DNA of 64,000 nucleotides from Candidatus Levyibacteriota bacterium (GTDB lineage Bacteria; Patescibacteriota; Microgenomatia; Levybacterales; UBA12049): NCBI GenBank assembly GCA_003152105.1, contig PLZJ01000003.1, positions 70,899 to 134,898 of the forward strand, read 5' to 3'. Shown piece by piece: positions 30,716 to 41,800 of this stretch (position 1 is its first letter; each line of letters starts with the position of its first letter). The notes under the pieces were generated by a model. It saw only the letters and a program-made list of their open reading frames with translations, ran no database searches and was not told where the DNA came from. The position numbers and the translations under genes were made by a program.

Positions 30716-31245
30716 AAGCGCTCCATTTTATTGTATTTCCCAAAAGTTAGGGAAGAAAAAAGAATAGTATTACTCGTCTTTCTTCCCTAACCTTCCATTC
30801 TCAGTTGTAAACGTGCGAAAAAACTCAGAAAGAGACAATGGAAAAACAGCTATTGCAATTCGATGTCATTTTCTGTGTAGGAAGTATAGCACAAAATGCT
30901 CTGTAATCTCAACTATAGGGTGTTATTTTATACCTCAACAAAAGTCTTATAATAATTGACTTTACCTCTTGGGAGGCATATAATTCCCACACAGTCGTTG
31001 GTGACTTTCGTATACTACAGTACATAAGCTGTGCTTTTGTGACAAAAGATATCAACACTTACTCGCACATTAAAAACAAAACCTATATCCTAGAGTGTCA
31101 TTTGCTCTGGTTGCAGGAAAAGAGGGGAAAACGTTTTTCTCTTGTTTTTCTGCAATCACCAAGCAACACACATAAAAGGAGTACATATACAACAACGCGT
31201 CTGGCTATTTCGTTTCATTCTCATCTCACAACAAAAGGAAGGTAA

Positions 31246-32484
31246 GTGAACATGCTTTTTCGCGTCGCAACTATGGCTTTTTCGCTCTCGTTTCTCTCAA
31301 CTGCTGGTATCGCAAGCGCATCTTCACAGATGACAAATGCGCAGACCGTGCAGGCAAACATTCTCTCAGCACAACTGACGAAAACATCGTTTGTGGACAG
31401 CAACGGACAAAGCGTCTCACTTCCACAAGTGCAGCTTTGGACGTGGATCAATGGCCCCCAGGTTTCGTACCAAGTCATGGCATATGGTCCCATTCAAAAC
31501 GGATCGTTTGAGCCAAGTCTTTCATCGATTCCAGCAAGTCAAATCCAAAACGGCCAAACCAACTACATGGTAGTAGGTATTGCACCTGATGGCTATTCTG
31601 AACCGATTACTGACGGCATTGTCTATGCAGGAAGTGACCAAGCACAAACTGAGCAAATTGCAAATGAGCAATCAAGCTTTGCGAGAGTCACTGTCTCACA
31701 AGATGAGCTTTCAGCACTGTCTGGAACAACAGCGCAGTCGCAAGGAGCACATCCGCCGGACAACTGTATTGCCCCCCTAGGAGGGTATGTATACGTGTGG
31801 CTTCATAGTTACACGGATAAGTACACGGCAATTGGACAAGTGCATTCGATTCCAGGACTTCATAAAGTAATGCTCTCAATCCATCACGGCGCAACAGCGA
31901 CAGTGACAGCAGGTCTTTCAAAAGACTTTGGAGCAAACTTTAGTGTCGATGGAGAAGTCGGCGTTACCAACACACAGGAAAGCTCAATCAAGCGGCCCTT
32001 TGTAAATGTTGGTAACTATGCGCACACGCTCAAACTGCAGTACAAGTACGACCATCAGTCCCTTGAGTACCGCTGCTGGTACATTGACTATCATGGATAC
32101 AAGAAGAAGTGGTACGTCCACCATTTCCCTTGGGTTCATGTGGTAGCAAACAACTGGGACGGCGGCGGCTATATTGTCGGCAAAGACGTGTCCTACATGG
32201 ACAACTGGACGCCAAAGCAACTACGCAGTAGAACCGTAAGTCAACTCTGTTGTGGTGAAGAATACACCACCGGAGGACAAAAGGCGTTAACTGAAACTGG
32301 TGCTGTAACAGCATGGGGCTTCACCGCATCAGCTACGCTTGGCTTTTCAAACAGCACTGAACTTTCGATTCAAGCTGCAGACAGCGGAAGAGTGTGTCTT
32401 TACGATGCAGTCGAAAATCTTCCTGTCAATCTGGCAAGCGTGGTTGACGAAACAAAGTACTACGGCAATCACTGTCAACAATAA
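31246..32484 (+). CDS. secreted protein with Ser/Thr-rich beta-hairpin segments (cassette 7)
   Basis: Signal peptide ...GIASA; more GC-rich codon usage than the backbone. Confidence 0.75.
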   Translation: MNMLFRVATMAFSLSFLSTAGIASASSQMTNAQTVQANILSAQLTKTSFVDSNGQSVSLPQVQLWTWINGPQVSYQVMAYGPIQNGSFEPSLSSIPASQIQNGQTNYMVVGIAPDGYSEPITDGIVYAGSDQAQTEQIANEQSSFARVTVSQDELSALSGTTAQSQGAHPPDNCIAPLGGYVYVWLHSYTDKYTAIGQVHSIPGLHKVMLSIHHGATATVTAGLSKDFGANFSVDGEVGVTNTQESSIKRPFVNVGNYAHTLKLQYKYDHQSLEYRCWYIDYHGYKKKWYVHHFPWVHVVANNWDGGGYIVGKDVSYMDNWTPKQLRSRTVSQLCCGEEYTTGGQKALTETGAVTAWGFTASATLGFSNSTELSIQAADSGRVCLYDAVENLPVNLASVVDETKYYGNHCQQ

Positions 32485-32495
32485 CTGGAGGTAAG

Positions 32496-33110
32496 ATGAG
32501 GGTTTTTAAGATCGTCGGCTCAGTCTTTGTTCTTGTCATTTTGGTAGGGTGCTTAACGGGCGCGATTCGAAGCGGTGCTGTTCATTCTTCCCATGCGTTC
32601 CTCAAACATACGTTTACCACAACAGTGAAAAACACTACTGTTGGGCAGACAATCAACTGGGGATCGGGAATTGAGAACACATCACCAAGCACTGTCATTA
32701 TGCAACAGGCACTGCTTGAAAACGATTCAAGTACTGATGCACCACTTGGCAGCGGCTCATTAGTTAACGAGGCAATAACAGATCACAACAGTGGTCTTGT
32801 TGGCGTTTGCGTCGGATGGCCTCCATGCAACGGGTACAAATGGGGAACAACACCTCATCCAAACAACTTTGCATTCAAAGGTAACACCATCGGCAATATC
32901 ATGCTCTCGTTTGTCATCCAAACACCCGGTGTCTACCAATTTGAACTGGTTCTCCAGTACAAACTCACCGGCATGCCAGGAGGATCGTTTGCAGACCCGT
33001 TTTTTGGCGCACCACTTGTGACAGAACACACACAACAGTTCCTAAACATATGCGTTTCCGAAAAAACACGCAAATGCAACGCGCTCCTTTCAACACTCCC
33101 AATACATTAG
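32496..33110 (+). CDS. secreted or membrane-anchored partner protein (cassette 7)
   Basis: GGAGG SD; N-terminal hydrophobic segment; Cys pairs. Confidence 0.7.
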   Translation: MRVFKIVGSVFVLVILVGCLTGAIRSGAVHSSHAFLKHTFTTTVKNTTVGQTINWGSGIENTSPSTVIMQQALLENDSSTDAPLGSGSLVNEAITDHNSGLVGVCVGWPPCNGYKWGTTPHPNNFAFKGNTIGNIMLSFVIQTPGVYQFELVLQYKLTGMPGGSFADPFFGAPLVTEHTQQFLNICVSEKTRKCNALLSTLPIH

Positions 33111-33388
33111 CCTATTAGGTTTTGTCGCGAGTCTAAGATGGGTCGGTTAAGTGATTAAATTCACGTATGCTAGTTCTACTAGTATATTTCCGACCCCTCT
33201 TATTCTCATCATTTTCCAAAACAACTTTATCTTTTTTAACAATCAAAAAATATGACAATTTTTTCTCTTCTTATATATATAAGAAGGGGAGAATAATTTT
33301 TGCTGTTTTAGCTTCAAAATGGGTGTTTTTTTTCACCTATACCCTGTACTATTTTAGGTGATATATTTTTAGTTAAAAAAAGAGGAAT

Positions 33389-34135
33389 TTACCTATCTTG
33401 TTTTCCTTTTTTCCAGGAAACTGCAGTAAGAAGGGGAGCATATAAGTCGTCATCTAACCCAATATACACTGCATCGAGTTCTTCTTTTGTTGGATTTCTG
33501 TCCTGAAAGGATACAAACGGCAGATCTTCTATGATAGCAAGTGGCGTTTGCTCATTTCCTTCTCCCATAACAAGCACTGATGCAGACGCTAAACTATCGC
33601 CAATATGGAGTTTTTCGTATTGAAATAACCTACCAAAAATATCTGGGGTTCCGTCATAGTGCTTTAAGATTTCAAAACCAGAGTGGGCAATACACATACC
33701 TGTTACTCCCCAGCGCATTGGCGTTGTTTTTGAATCAGTAATAATGACGCCAACGTGTTTTAAATTAAATTTGGTTTGTAAAAAGGAACGGATCGTATTT
33801 GCACTTTCCTGTAAGTCCCTGGGCCAAAGAACGTAGCTTCCATTAGCATTTGATTCGTCTATCCCTGCAGCAGCTCCTAACATATTGTGTGAAATGGTAA
33901 TACACAAATTATATTTAGAAAGACTTCTTGGTAAAAAATATGCTGCTTCTTCTTCTATTAATTCATCTTTATCTCTTGTTAGTGGTGCTATTCTTCTCTG
34001 GGAGATTGCCATAATTTTTGACGTTATTGCAACAACACTGTTTTCAGATAGTTGGGTTATGTATTTATCTATTATCTGAGTAATGTCAGTGTCGGCTGTT
34101 GTAATGACACGTGTTTTTATTCCTGTTATTTTCAC
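33389..34135 (-). CDS. coenzyme F420:L-glutamate ligase-like (CofE family) protein
   Basis: VVAITSKI, AGIDESN, VGVIITDS, VMGEGNEQTP. Confidence 0.85.
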   Translation of the reverse strand: MKITGIKTRVITTADTDITQIIDKYITQLSENSVVAITSKIMAISQRRIAPLTRDKDELIEEEAAYFLPRSLSKYNLCITISHNMLGAAAGIDESNANGSYVLWPRDLQESANTIRSFLQTKFNLKHVGVIITDSKTTPMRWGVTGMCIAHSGFEILKHYDGTPDIFGRLFQYEKLHIGDSLASASVLVMGEGNEQTPLAIIEDLPFVSFQDRNPTKEELDAVYIGLDDDLYAPLLTAVSWKKGKQDR

Positions 34136-34172
34136 TACGGTATTATATAGGAAAGATGAGGGAGTTACAAAA

Positions 34173-34262
34173 TTACCTGTCATGTAGCATGTCTGCTACA
34201 AACATTAGGGAAAGTACAATAAATGGTATACCAATAAAGTAGAAAAGTAATGCTTCTGTCAT
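34173..34262 (-). CDS. putative 29-aa single-TM peptide
   Basis: MTEALLFYFIGIPFIVLSLMFVADMLHDR; -10-like TGCTATTAT just upstream. Confidence 0.45.
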   Translation of the reverse strand: MTEALLFYFIGIPFIVLSLMFVADMLHDR

Positions 34263-34328
34263 ATTAAATCAATAATAGCAGGTGAGTTTGAGAAATAGAT
34301 GATATTAGTGTAAGAAATGGGAAAGAAC

Positions 34329-34679
34329 TTAAGAAACAAATTCTCCTTCAATGATATGAAGGTTGGCGTATTCTCGCAATATGTGTGCATTTCTAATATT
34401 TGCTTTCCAAAATAAATAACCAGCATCTCCTAAAACGGGAATTAATCCAAGCAGAAAATCAATACCAATATTTAAAAGCATAAGAAGCAGTTTTGGAAGA
34501 GGTAGTTTCATTTGTATACCAATCCATACAATATATAAAGAAAGTATCGTTGCGATTGCATCGCCAAATCCGGGAATAAGATCCAAGATTACGTTGAGTC
34601 CAATACGAAACGGCCCAATGCCAAACCTATTGTCTAAAAACATTGCCAGCATTTCAGCAGTTCTGACGTGTTGTTCCAT
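34329..34679 (-). CDS. DUF4112 family membrane protein
   Basis: LDNRFGIGPFRIG...LIPGFGD...IPVLGD...WKAN. Confidence 0.88.
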   Translation of the reverse strand: MEQHVRTAEMLAMFLDNRFGIGPFRIGLNVILDLIPGFGDAIATILSLYIVWIGIQMKLPLPKLLLMLLNIGIDFLLGLIPVLGDAGYLFWKANIRNAHILREYANLHIIEGEFVS

Positions 34680-34741
34680 AACACAAATAGTATCATAGTA
34701 CGTTTGATTGTAGGGTAATAAATGCGTAAGAATTGTGGAGT

Positions 34742-35683
34742 TTACTCTTTGTTTCCGCTATGAAATGCAGTGTGAACTTCTCGCAGTTGCTTATTGGTAA
34801 CGTGGGTATAAATTTGTGTTGTTGCAATATTTTTGTGCCCAAGCATTTCTTGCACTGAGCGCATATCTGCGCCATTTGATAAAAGATCTGTTGCAAAACT
34901 ATGACGCAAAGTATGTACAGTTGCATCAACTGGAATTCTGGCAAGACGGGTATATTTTTTGACAATTCGCTCAATTGTTCGAACTGTTAAGCGCATTTTT
35001 TCTCCATTATTTTCCTCAGAAAGTCTACCTGAATAGCGAATGAAAAGTGGCTTGTAATGATCTTCTCGCATTGAAACATACCGATCAATCCATTCTGCTG
35101 CGCGATCAGAGATAAATACAAGTCGGTGTTTTCGTCCTTTGCCAATAACACCAAATTCTCTTCTTTGTACGTTGATGTCTTGATGATTAAGCGACACAAG
35201 TTCTGATACACGAAGACCAGTTGAAAATAGCAGTTCTATAATTGTTCTGTCCCGAACACCTTCTTCTTTGCTCGTATCAACAGCAGTAAGTAAACGCTCT
35301 ACTTGTTCACGCTCCAAAAACTTAACTGATCTGCTTTCTGCTTTTGGCAAATCAATTTTTGATGGTTCAAGTGTCACATGATCATTTTTAATTAAATACC
35401 GAAGAAAAGACCGAAGCGCGATAATATAATAGTTTTGTGTAATACGCTTGAGTGTTAAATTATTTTGATCAACTCTGTTTGATAAGTACACACGAAATTT
35501 TCGGACATCCGAAAGAGTCAAATCTGCAACTTTTTTGCCAGGATAATTTTCCTCAAGCCACGCCGAGAAAACGAGTAAATAGTGACGGTAATCTCGAATA
35601 GTTAACTTTGAACAGTTTTTCTCGATTTCAAGATATTCTAAAAATTCGTTAATAAGAAGAACAAGAGCTGAAGGAGTTTCCAT
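34742..35683 (-). CDS. XerC/XerD-type tyrosine recombinase
   Basis: STGLRVSEL, GKGRK, HTLRHSFAT, LGH, TTQIYTH. Confidence 0.93.
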   Translation of the reverse strand: METPSALVLLINEFLEYLEIEKNCSKLTIRDYRHYLLVFSAWLEENYPGKKVADLTLSDVRKFRVYLSNRVDQNNLTLKRITQNYYIIALRSFLRYLIKNDHVTLEPSKIDLPKAESRSVKFLEREQVERLLTAVDTSKEEGVRDRTIIELLFSTGLRVSELVSLNHQDINVQRREFGVIGKGRKHRLVFISDRAAEWIDRYVSMREDHYKPLFIRYSGRLSEENNGEKMRLTVRTIERIVKKYTRLARIPVDATVHTLRHSFATDLLSNGADMRSVQEMLGHKNIATTQIYTHVTNKQLREVHTAFHSGNKE

Positions 35684-35784
35684 GTAACAAGTATCTATAA
35701 ATATCGTTCTTTTGTCAAACAACACCTCTTACTACAAGCCTTTTTTCGTTGACAAAATACCTGTTTGTCTCGCATACTAAATAT

Positions 35785-37275
35785 ATGCGTGACGATTATA
35801 TTAAACTTATTAAAGAATATGTAGGACTTAGGCCTGATTATAAACACACCTTAAATGAAATTAGAGCACATGTACTCTTAATTGGCGCAACAGAGGAAGA
35901 ATTTAATAAAGCAATGCAAGATTTAACAGGCATTCCAAATGCTGTTGCAATGCTTCAGACAAAAGACCAGGTAGTACCAAGTGCTAGTGATGACCCAATA
36001 ACAAAAGTTGAAAAAGAGGTAAAAATACATAAAAAACTAAGTATTGTCGCAGCTTGTATACTCCTTTTTATTGTCGGAAGCGGAATATTCCTTGCAACGC
36101 TGACGGGCAAATCTAACCAAAGCACAATACTTTCAAAAAAAATAGTACTGCCAAAAAGTGCAAAAAGCTTACAAGAGGTGTATGCAAGTACATTTGCGAT
36201 AAATGGACAACAAGTCTTCTCATACCCTGCAAAAAACAAAGTACAGCTTGCAGTACCAAATAAACCACAAAAGCAAATTGTTGGGTTTTTCCCATACTGG
36301 ATGCTTGACGAGGCACAAAACATAACGCTCACTCCCTATACGCAGCTAAATTTGTTTTCTATTGATATGGATGGAAAAGGAAATGTTGTTAGTATTGATA
36401 GTAGTGGAACGCCTGATGGGGGATGGTCAATGTGGAATGACGATAACTTAAATCCATTAATTCAAAAAGCCAAAGCGCAAAATGTCAAAGTGCTTCTTAC
36501 CTTTCGCTCATTTGACAATTCTGATATTGAGCAACTTGTTGCCTCAGATGATAATCAAAAACGATTTATTGCAAATGCACTGTATATGGTGAATGAGAAA
36601 AACTTAGATGGGATAAATATTGATTTTGAGTATGTGGGAACACCAAGTGATGCAACACAACTTGGTTTTACTCGTTTTATCACTAACTTACATACTGAAC
36701 TACTTCGACAAGATCCAGGATCACTTCTAACCATTGATACGTATATATCCTCAGGTCAAACACCCAATCTGTTTGATATTTCTTCTTTGGTCGATGTATC
36801 TGATGCCTTAATTATCATGGGATATGACGTCCATACACCAGGCGGAGATCCGGGTTCCATTGCACCCATGCAAGGAGATTCAAATATCATAGGCTTTATG
36901 CAAAATTACTTAGAAAAAGTACCTGCAACAAAACTAATTCTGGCAGTACCATATTATGGCTATGATTGGCCGCTACCAGAGGCAAATGGTGCGGATTCAG
37001 GAGAACAAGTACAAATGGTGCCATATGCTGAAATTATTGCAAATACCGGGCAATATAAAATACAGTGGGATCCAAACTCTGAAACACCATGGTATACCTA
37101 TATAGACTCAAGCAATGTAACACACGAAGTACATTTTGAAGATGTTCGGTCTCTTGGCATAAAGTATGACTATATTAATGAAAAAGGATTACAAGGTGTT
37201 GGTGTATGGGCACTAGGATACGAGGGAAACAACAATGACTTAGATAATCTGATTATTAATAAATTCTCCCAGTAA
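35785..37275 (+). CDS. membrane-anchored GH18 glycoside hydrolase
   Basis: Intact DGINIDFE motif, IMGYD, VPYYG, GVGVWALG. Confidence 0.9.
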   Translation: MRDDYIKLIKEYVGLRPDYKHTLNEIRAHVLLIGATEEEFNKAMQDLTGIPNAVAMLQTKDQVVPSASDDPITKVEKEVKIHKKLSIVAACILLFIVGSGIFLATLTGKSNQSTILSKKIVLPKSAKSLQEVYASTFAINGQQVFSYPAKNKVQLAVPNKPQKQIVGFFPYWMLDEAQNITLTPYTQLNLFSIDMDGKGNVVSIDSSGTPDGGWSMWNDDNLNPLIQKAKAQNVKVLLTFRSFDNSDIEQLVASDDNQKRFIANALYMVNEKNLDGINIDFEYVGTPSDATQLGFTRFITNLHTELLRQDPGSLLTIDTYISSGQTPNLFDISSLVDVSDALIIMGYDVHTPGGDPGSIAPMQGDSNIIGFMQNYLEKVPATKLILAVPYYGYDWPLPEANGADSGEQVQMVPYAEIIANTGQYKIQWDPNSETPWYTYIDSSNVTHEVHFEDVRSLGIKYDYINEKGLQGVGVWALGYEGNNNDLDNLIINKFSQ

Positions 37276-37401
37276 TTACCACACATAACTTATAATATAG
37301 GTTCTTCTTGACAAATAGGATATTATGTCCTATAATCCTTCAACTGTTAGTTAACTGCCCAACATAATCGTTGGGTTTTGTTGTTTTAACAGGCATTAAT
37401 A

Positions 37402-38142
37402 ATGAAACATATACCACATTTATTCGGATTTATCGCAAGTTTTATAGGTATTATAGTATTATTTTTACTGGTTGCCAAACCTGCCTATGGGACTTATACT
37501 CAACCTTCATTTCCTTCATGTTCAGCTCCTTCGGGTACAATAATCGCAAGTTATGCAACCGGAACGCACGCAATTGCAGGAGACCCAAATCTTCATACCG
37601 GTTCTGATACGGTATATCAAGAATCAGATATAACAGTTATGCAGTGTTTTTGTCCTGACGATTTAAGTGGAAAAGGTATTCAAACAAATTGGTGGGACGT
37701 TGCGGATTTATCATCTGATGACATACAAACACTAATTGGCAATGGATGGATAAATGAACCAAATGGATCTGATTGGGGACTCAATAACGCACCTTATCTT
37801 GCCATGAATAGCAATTTTGATTGTTCAGCCGAAACCCCAACACCTACACCAAGTGTGACGCCAGAAATAACGCCAACAGCAACGCCTTCGGCAACCCCAA
37901 CACCAAATCCAGGTAATGGATCAGGTGGTGGAGGATCGTCTTCAAGCTCATCTTCAAATTCAGGTGGTAGTTCAAGTACTAGCTCACAACCTGCAACCTC
38001 TCAACCTGCAGTACAAACGCTAGCTTCAACAGGTACATTTTTTGAAAACGCAATGAGTTATGTTTTTGGACTTGGCATATTATTTATACTTATGTCGCTT
38101 AACAATTATGTCAAAGAATCGTTCCAAATCAAAAAAAGCTAA
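37402..38142 (+). CDS. secreted protein with a sortase-type sorting signal
   Basis: Signal peptide, PT and G/S linkers, LASTG followed by TM and basic tail. Confidence 0.75.
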   Translation: MKHIPHLFGFIASFIGIIVLFLLVAKPAYGTYTQPSFPSCSAPSGTIIASYATGTHAIAGDPNLHTGSDTVYQESDITVMQCFCPDDLSGKGIQTNWWDVADLSSDDIQTLIGNGWINEPNGSDWGLNNAPYLAMNSNFDCSAETPTPTPSVTPEITPTATPSATPTPNPGNGSGGGGSSSSSSSNSGGSSSTSSQPATSQPAVQTLASTGTFFENAMSYVFGLGILFILMSLNNYVKESFQIKKS

Positions 38143-38683
38143 AACCAATAGATTTTTGCCCTCTCTGTACACACTTATTCCGCTCATTATTGGCGTTTTT
38201 TTCCTTATATTGTATGCGTATTGGTATATTGCCTTTGGACCATATTCACTTCAGTTTAACAGCGTACCAAAAGCTTTTACGAGTTCTCTCTCAACCCCTG
38301 TTAGTATTTCGATTCCACGAGAAAAACTCACTCTATCCGTATCAGAAGCTGCTATAACCCATAACCAGTGGCAAGTAAGTCAAACTGGAGTTTCGCATCT
38401 TGCCATATCTGCAAATCCCGGCAATAAAGGAAATATTATAATTTATGGGCACAATAAAGACGAGTTATTTGGTAATATTCGAAATCTCCTTCCAACTGAC
38501 CAAATTATTATTCAAACAAAAGACAAAAAGCTTCACAAATATATAGTCTATGCAACTGACACCGTTTCACCAAATGACATAAGTGTCATTGCAAGCACAA
38601 ATAAAGAGGTTTTAACCCTCTATACCTGTACTGGATTTGCTGATTTAGAGAGGTTTATAGTAAAAGCTTATCCTGTAGTATAG
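38108..38683 (+). CDS. sortase
   Basis: NIIIYGHN, LTLYTC, downstream R. Confidence 0.9.
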   Translation: MSKNRSKSKKAKTNRFLPSLYTLIPLIIGVFFLILYAYWYIAFGPYSLQFNSVPKAFTSSLSTPVSISIPREKLTLSVSEAAITHNQWQVSQTGVSHLAISANPGNKGNIIIYGHNKDELFGNIRNLLPTDQIIIQTKDKKLHKYIVYATDTVSPNDISVIASTNKEVLTLYTCTGFADLERFIVKAYPVV

Positions 38684-38863
38684 GCACGAAAACTTCTGAA
38701 GCAATAAACCCATTGTTCAGCTTTACATTTCACTTCTTTTTTGGTATACTTATAAGATAACCCATAGAGATTTTTATCTTTATGTTTCTGCCTCTTTGGA
38801 TATTCCAATGTAACATAGGGTTATATTGCGAAGCGACGGGTACATTATCCGTCTTTTTTTCAA

Positions 38864-41800
38864 ATGGACAGAAACATTTCTATTATTGTTCCAACATATA
38901 ATGAAGAAGGAAATATTGTTCCGCTATTAAATCGTATCCACAAAGCCGCAAAAACCGCAAAACTAACCTATGAAGTCATCGTTATTGATGACAATTCAAA
39001 AGACAAAACACTCAAAAAAGTTAAGGCACTAAAGTTATCTTATCCAGTCACTGCACCAAAGAAAAATGGTAAACCAGGTAAAGCATATTCGTTGCTTCAA
39101 GGCTTTTCACTTGCAAAATATGACACTATTTGCATGATTGATGCAGATTTACAATATCCACCTGAAGCAATACCACTCATGTTTGATCAAATCCAAGAAG
39201 GAGCAGATATTGTTGTGGCAAATAGAATTAAAGAAAATGCAGGACTAAAACGAAAAATAATCAGCAATACGTTTCGATTTGTATTTGGAAGATTACTACA
39301 TGGTTTCTCAGTAGACGTACAATCAGGCCTTAAAGTCTTTAGAAAAAGGGTGATTGAAGAACTTTCTCTTTCACCTACATCTGCATGGACACTTGATATG
39401 GAACTATTAGTAAAAGCACGAAACGCAGGCTTTGTCATTTCTTCATTTGACACCGAGTTTGAACAAAGACATGATGGTGATGCAAAAATAAATTTAACAA
39501 GAGCAACGTTTGAAATTTTAAAAAGTGCACTAGAACTTAAATTTCAAAGAACACAAGTTGTGCCATTTACCAGCGAAAAAGAAAAAGAAACGGGAAAAGG
39601 ATTTCACCACAAAGGAAAACAATATATTCATTATTCAAATCTCCCGCAAGAAGAAACAGCGTTTTTTAGACTATCGACAATCCAAATGCTTCTTATTTGT
39701 GACTTAGTACTGGTGCTTATCTTCTCACTACTTGTTAATTGGCACCTTACCTTGATTATTATTCTTGCATTCTTAACGCTTTTCTATTTTATTGATTTGT
39801 TTTTCAACTTATATTTAATATTACAAAGCTTATCAAAAGAAATTTCAATTGGCGTCACAGAGGAGGAACTTGCAACTCTAAAAGACAAAGATCTTCCGAT
39901 GTATACGATTTTATGTCCGCTGTACAAAGAGTGGAGAGTTGTACCGCAATTTATCTCTGCAATGAACAATCTAGTATACCCAAAAGACAAACTTCAAATT
40001 ATGCTGCTGCTTGAAGAAAATGACACAAAAACAATTGAAAAGATAAAAACATATGTACTTCCTGATATGTTTGAAATTGTCATTGTTCCAGATTCAAATC
40101 CAAAAACAAAACCAAAAGCACTCAATTACGGACTCCTCGTTGCAAAAGGGGATTATACCGTCATTTACGATGCAGAAGATATGCCAGATCCACTCCAACT
40201 TAGAAAAGCACTTATTGCATTTTCTAAACTTCCTAAAAAAGTCATCTGTATCCAAGCAAAACTTAATTTTTATAATCCAACCCACAATATTCTCACAAAG
40301 CTTTTCTCAGCTGAGTATGCACTTTGGTTTGATCTTGTACTACCAGGACTGCAGTCACTAAATGCGCCGATTCCACTTGGAGGAACTTCTAATCATTTTA
40401 AAACATCGGTCCTTCGAAGTCTTAATGGATGGGACGCGTTTAATGTAACTGAGGATTGTGATTTAGGAATACGACTTTCGAAAAAAGGCTATCAAACAGC
40501 AATTATTGACTCAACAACACTTGAGGAAGCAAATAGTAATATTTTTAACTGGTTTAATCAACGATCTCGTTGGATAAAAGGGTATATTCAAACCTACTTT
40601 GTGCACACAAGAGATCTTCGAACAACAATCATGTCAAAAGACCAGAAAAAGGTAGCACTCTTTAACATAATTGTAGGAGGCAAAATTGCCTCTATGTTTA
40701 TTAATCCGTTAATGTGGATTATTACTCTTTCATACTTTGCATTTCGACCAATCGTTGGTCCTGCTATTGAATCATTTTATCCTGCTCCCGTACTATACAT
40801 GGGAGTTGTTTGTATTGTTTTTGGTAACTTTTTGTATTTGTACTATTACATGCTTGCGTGCGCCAAAAGAGGGCAAGACAATTTAATTATCTATGCATTT
40901 TTAGTTCCAGTTTACTGGCTTACGATGAGTATTGCCTCAGTAAAGGCAGTCATAAGTATTATTTATAATCCACATTACTGGGCAAAAACAAAACACGGAT
41001 TATTCCTCGAAGAAGCAGAATCGCAAACTGAAAATGAGCAAATGTATGAAGAAACACTTGGCTACAAACAAAACTGGTACGCACCTTCTTTTGTCTATCA
41101 AAAAGCAAAAAATACATGGAAAAGTTCAACACATTTACAAATGGGAACGTTTTTTGCCTTATCGGCAACACTTGCTAATTTCTTAAACTTTTTTTATAAC
41201 GCATTCTTAGGTCGAGTTCTTTCGTTTGATGAATTTGGAACAATAGCACTGCTTAGTAATTTTCTCCTTATTCTAGGTATTTTTATCGAGTCTACCTCAG
41301 GTACTATTTCGCAAAAAATTGCCTACTTTTCTGCAAAAAAACGCCAAGATGCAGCGCTTACTTTTTATAACTATGTAGTAATGAGGATTATTATTCTCGC
41401 AAGTTCTGTCGCAATTCTATGGATGGTTTTTGCACCTTTGCTTGCATTGTTTTTCCACACACAAGGAACGCTCCCAATTATTGTATTTACTCCCGTTATT
41501 TTAATGGCGATGATTACGGCAGTAAACGCAGGGTTTTTACGAGGGAATATGGCGTTTGTCAGCGTTGGTATTATTACGCTTATTGAAGGACTTGTGAAGC
41601 TCTCTTCAATGTTTTTCTTTGTGTTTGAAAAACAACAATCGCTTGCTTACTTTGCAATACCACTTGGTATTTTATCGACCTTTATCTTGACATTAATACT
41701 CACAACCCGTCAACTTGTCAAACAAAAACCAACAACGATGAAAAATACAACTCATTTCCCTTGGAAGTTTTTTAGTTCTTATTTGTTTATTGGCGCCTCA

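Larger units (their letters stand above)
29800..30919 (-). other. boxA-leader cassette 6
   Basis: TATACT 30888, AGCTGT 30851, boxA-like 30817-30805, hairpin 30746-30791, 3' structure 29867-29956. Confidence 0.78.
30956..33250 (+). other. boxA-leader cassette 7
   Basis: TTGACT-17-TATAAT, AGCTGT 31027, boxA-like 31064-31076, hairpin 31108-31158, 3' structure 33134-33202. Confidence 0.75.

Noticed and set aside
18632..33202. 3' structures as integron attC sites
   Set aside because: I found no consistent RYYYAAC/GTTRRRY cores. The structures are branched, the cassettes have their own promoters and face both directions, and the recombinase looks Xer-like rather than IntI-like.
37835..37985. Apparent tandem repeat
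   Set aside because: Explained by the encoded Pro/Thr and Gly/Ser linker.
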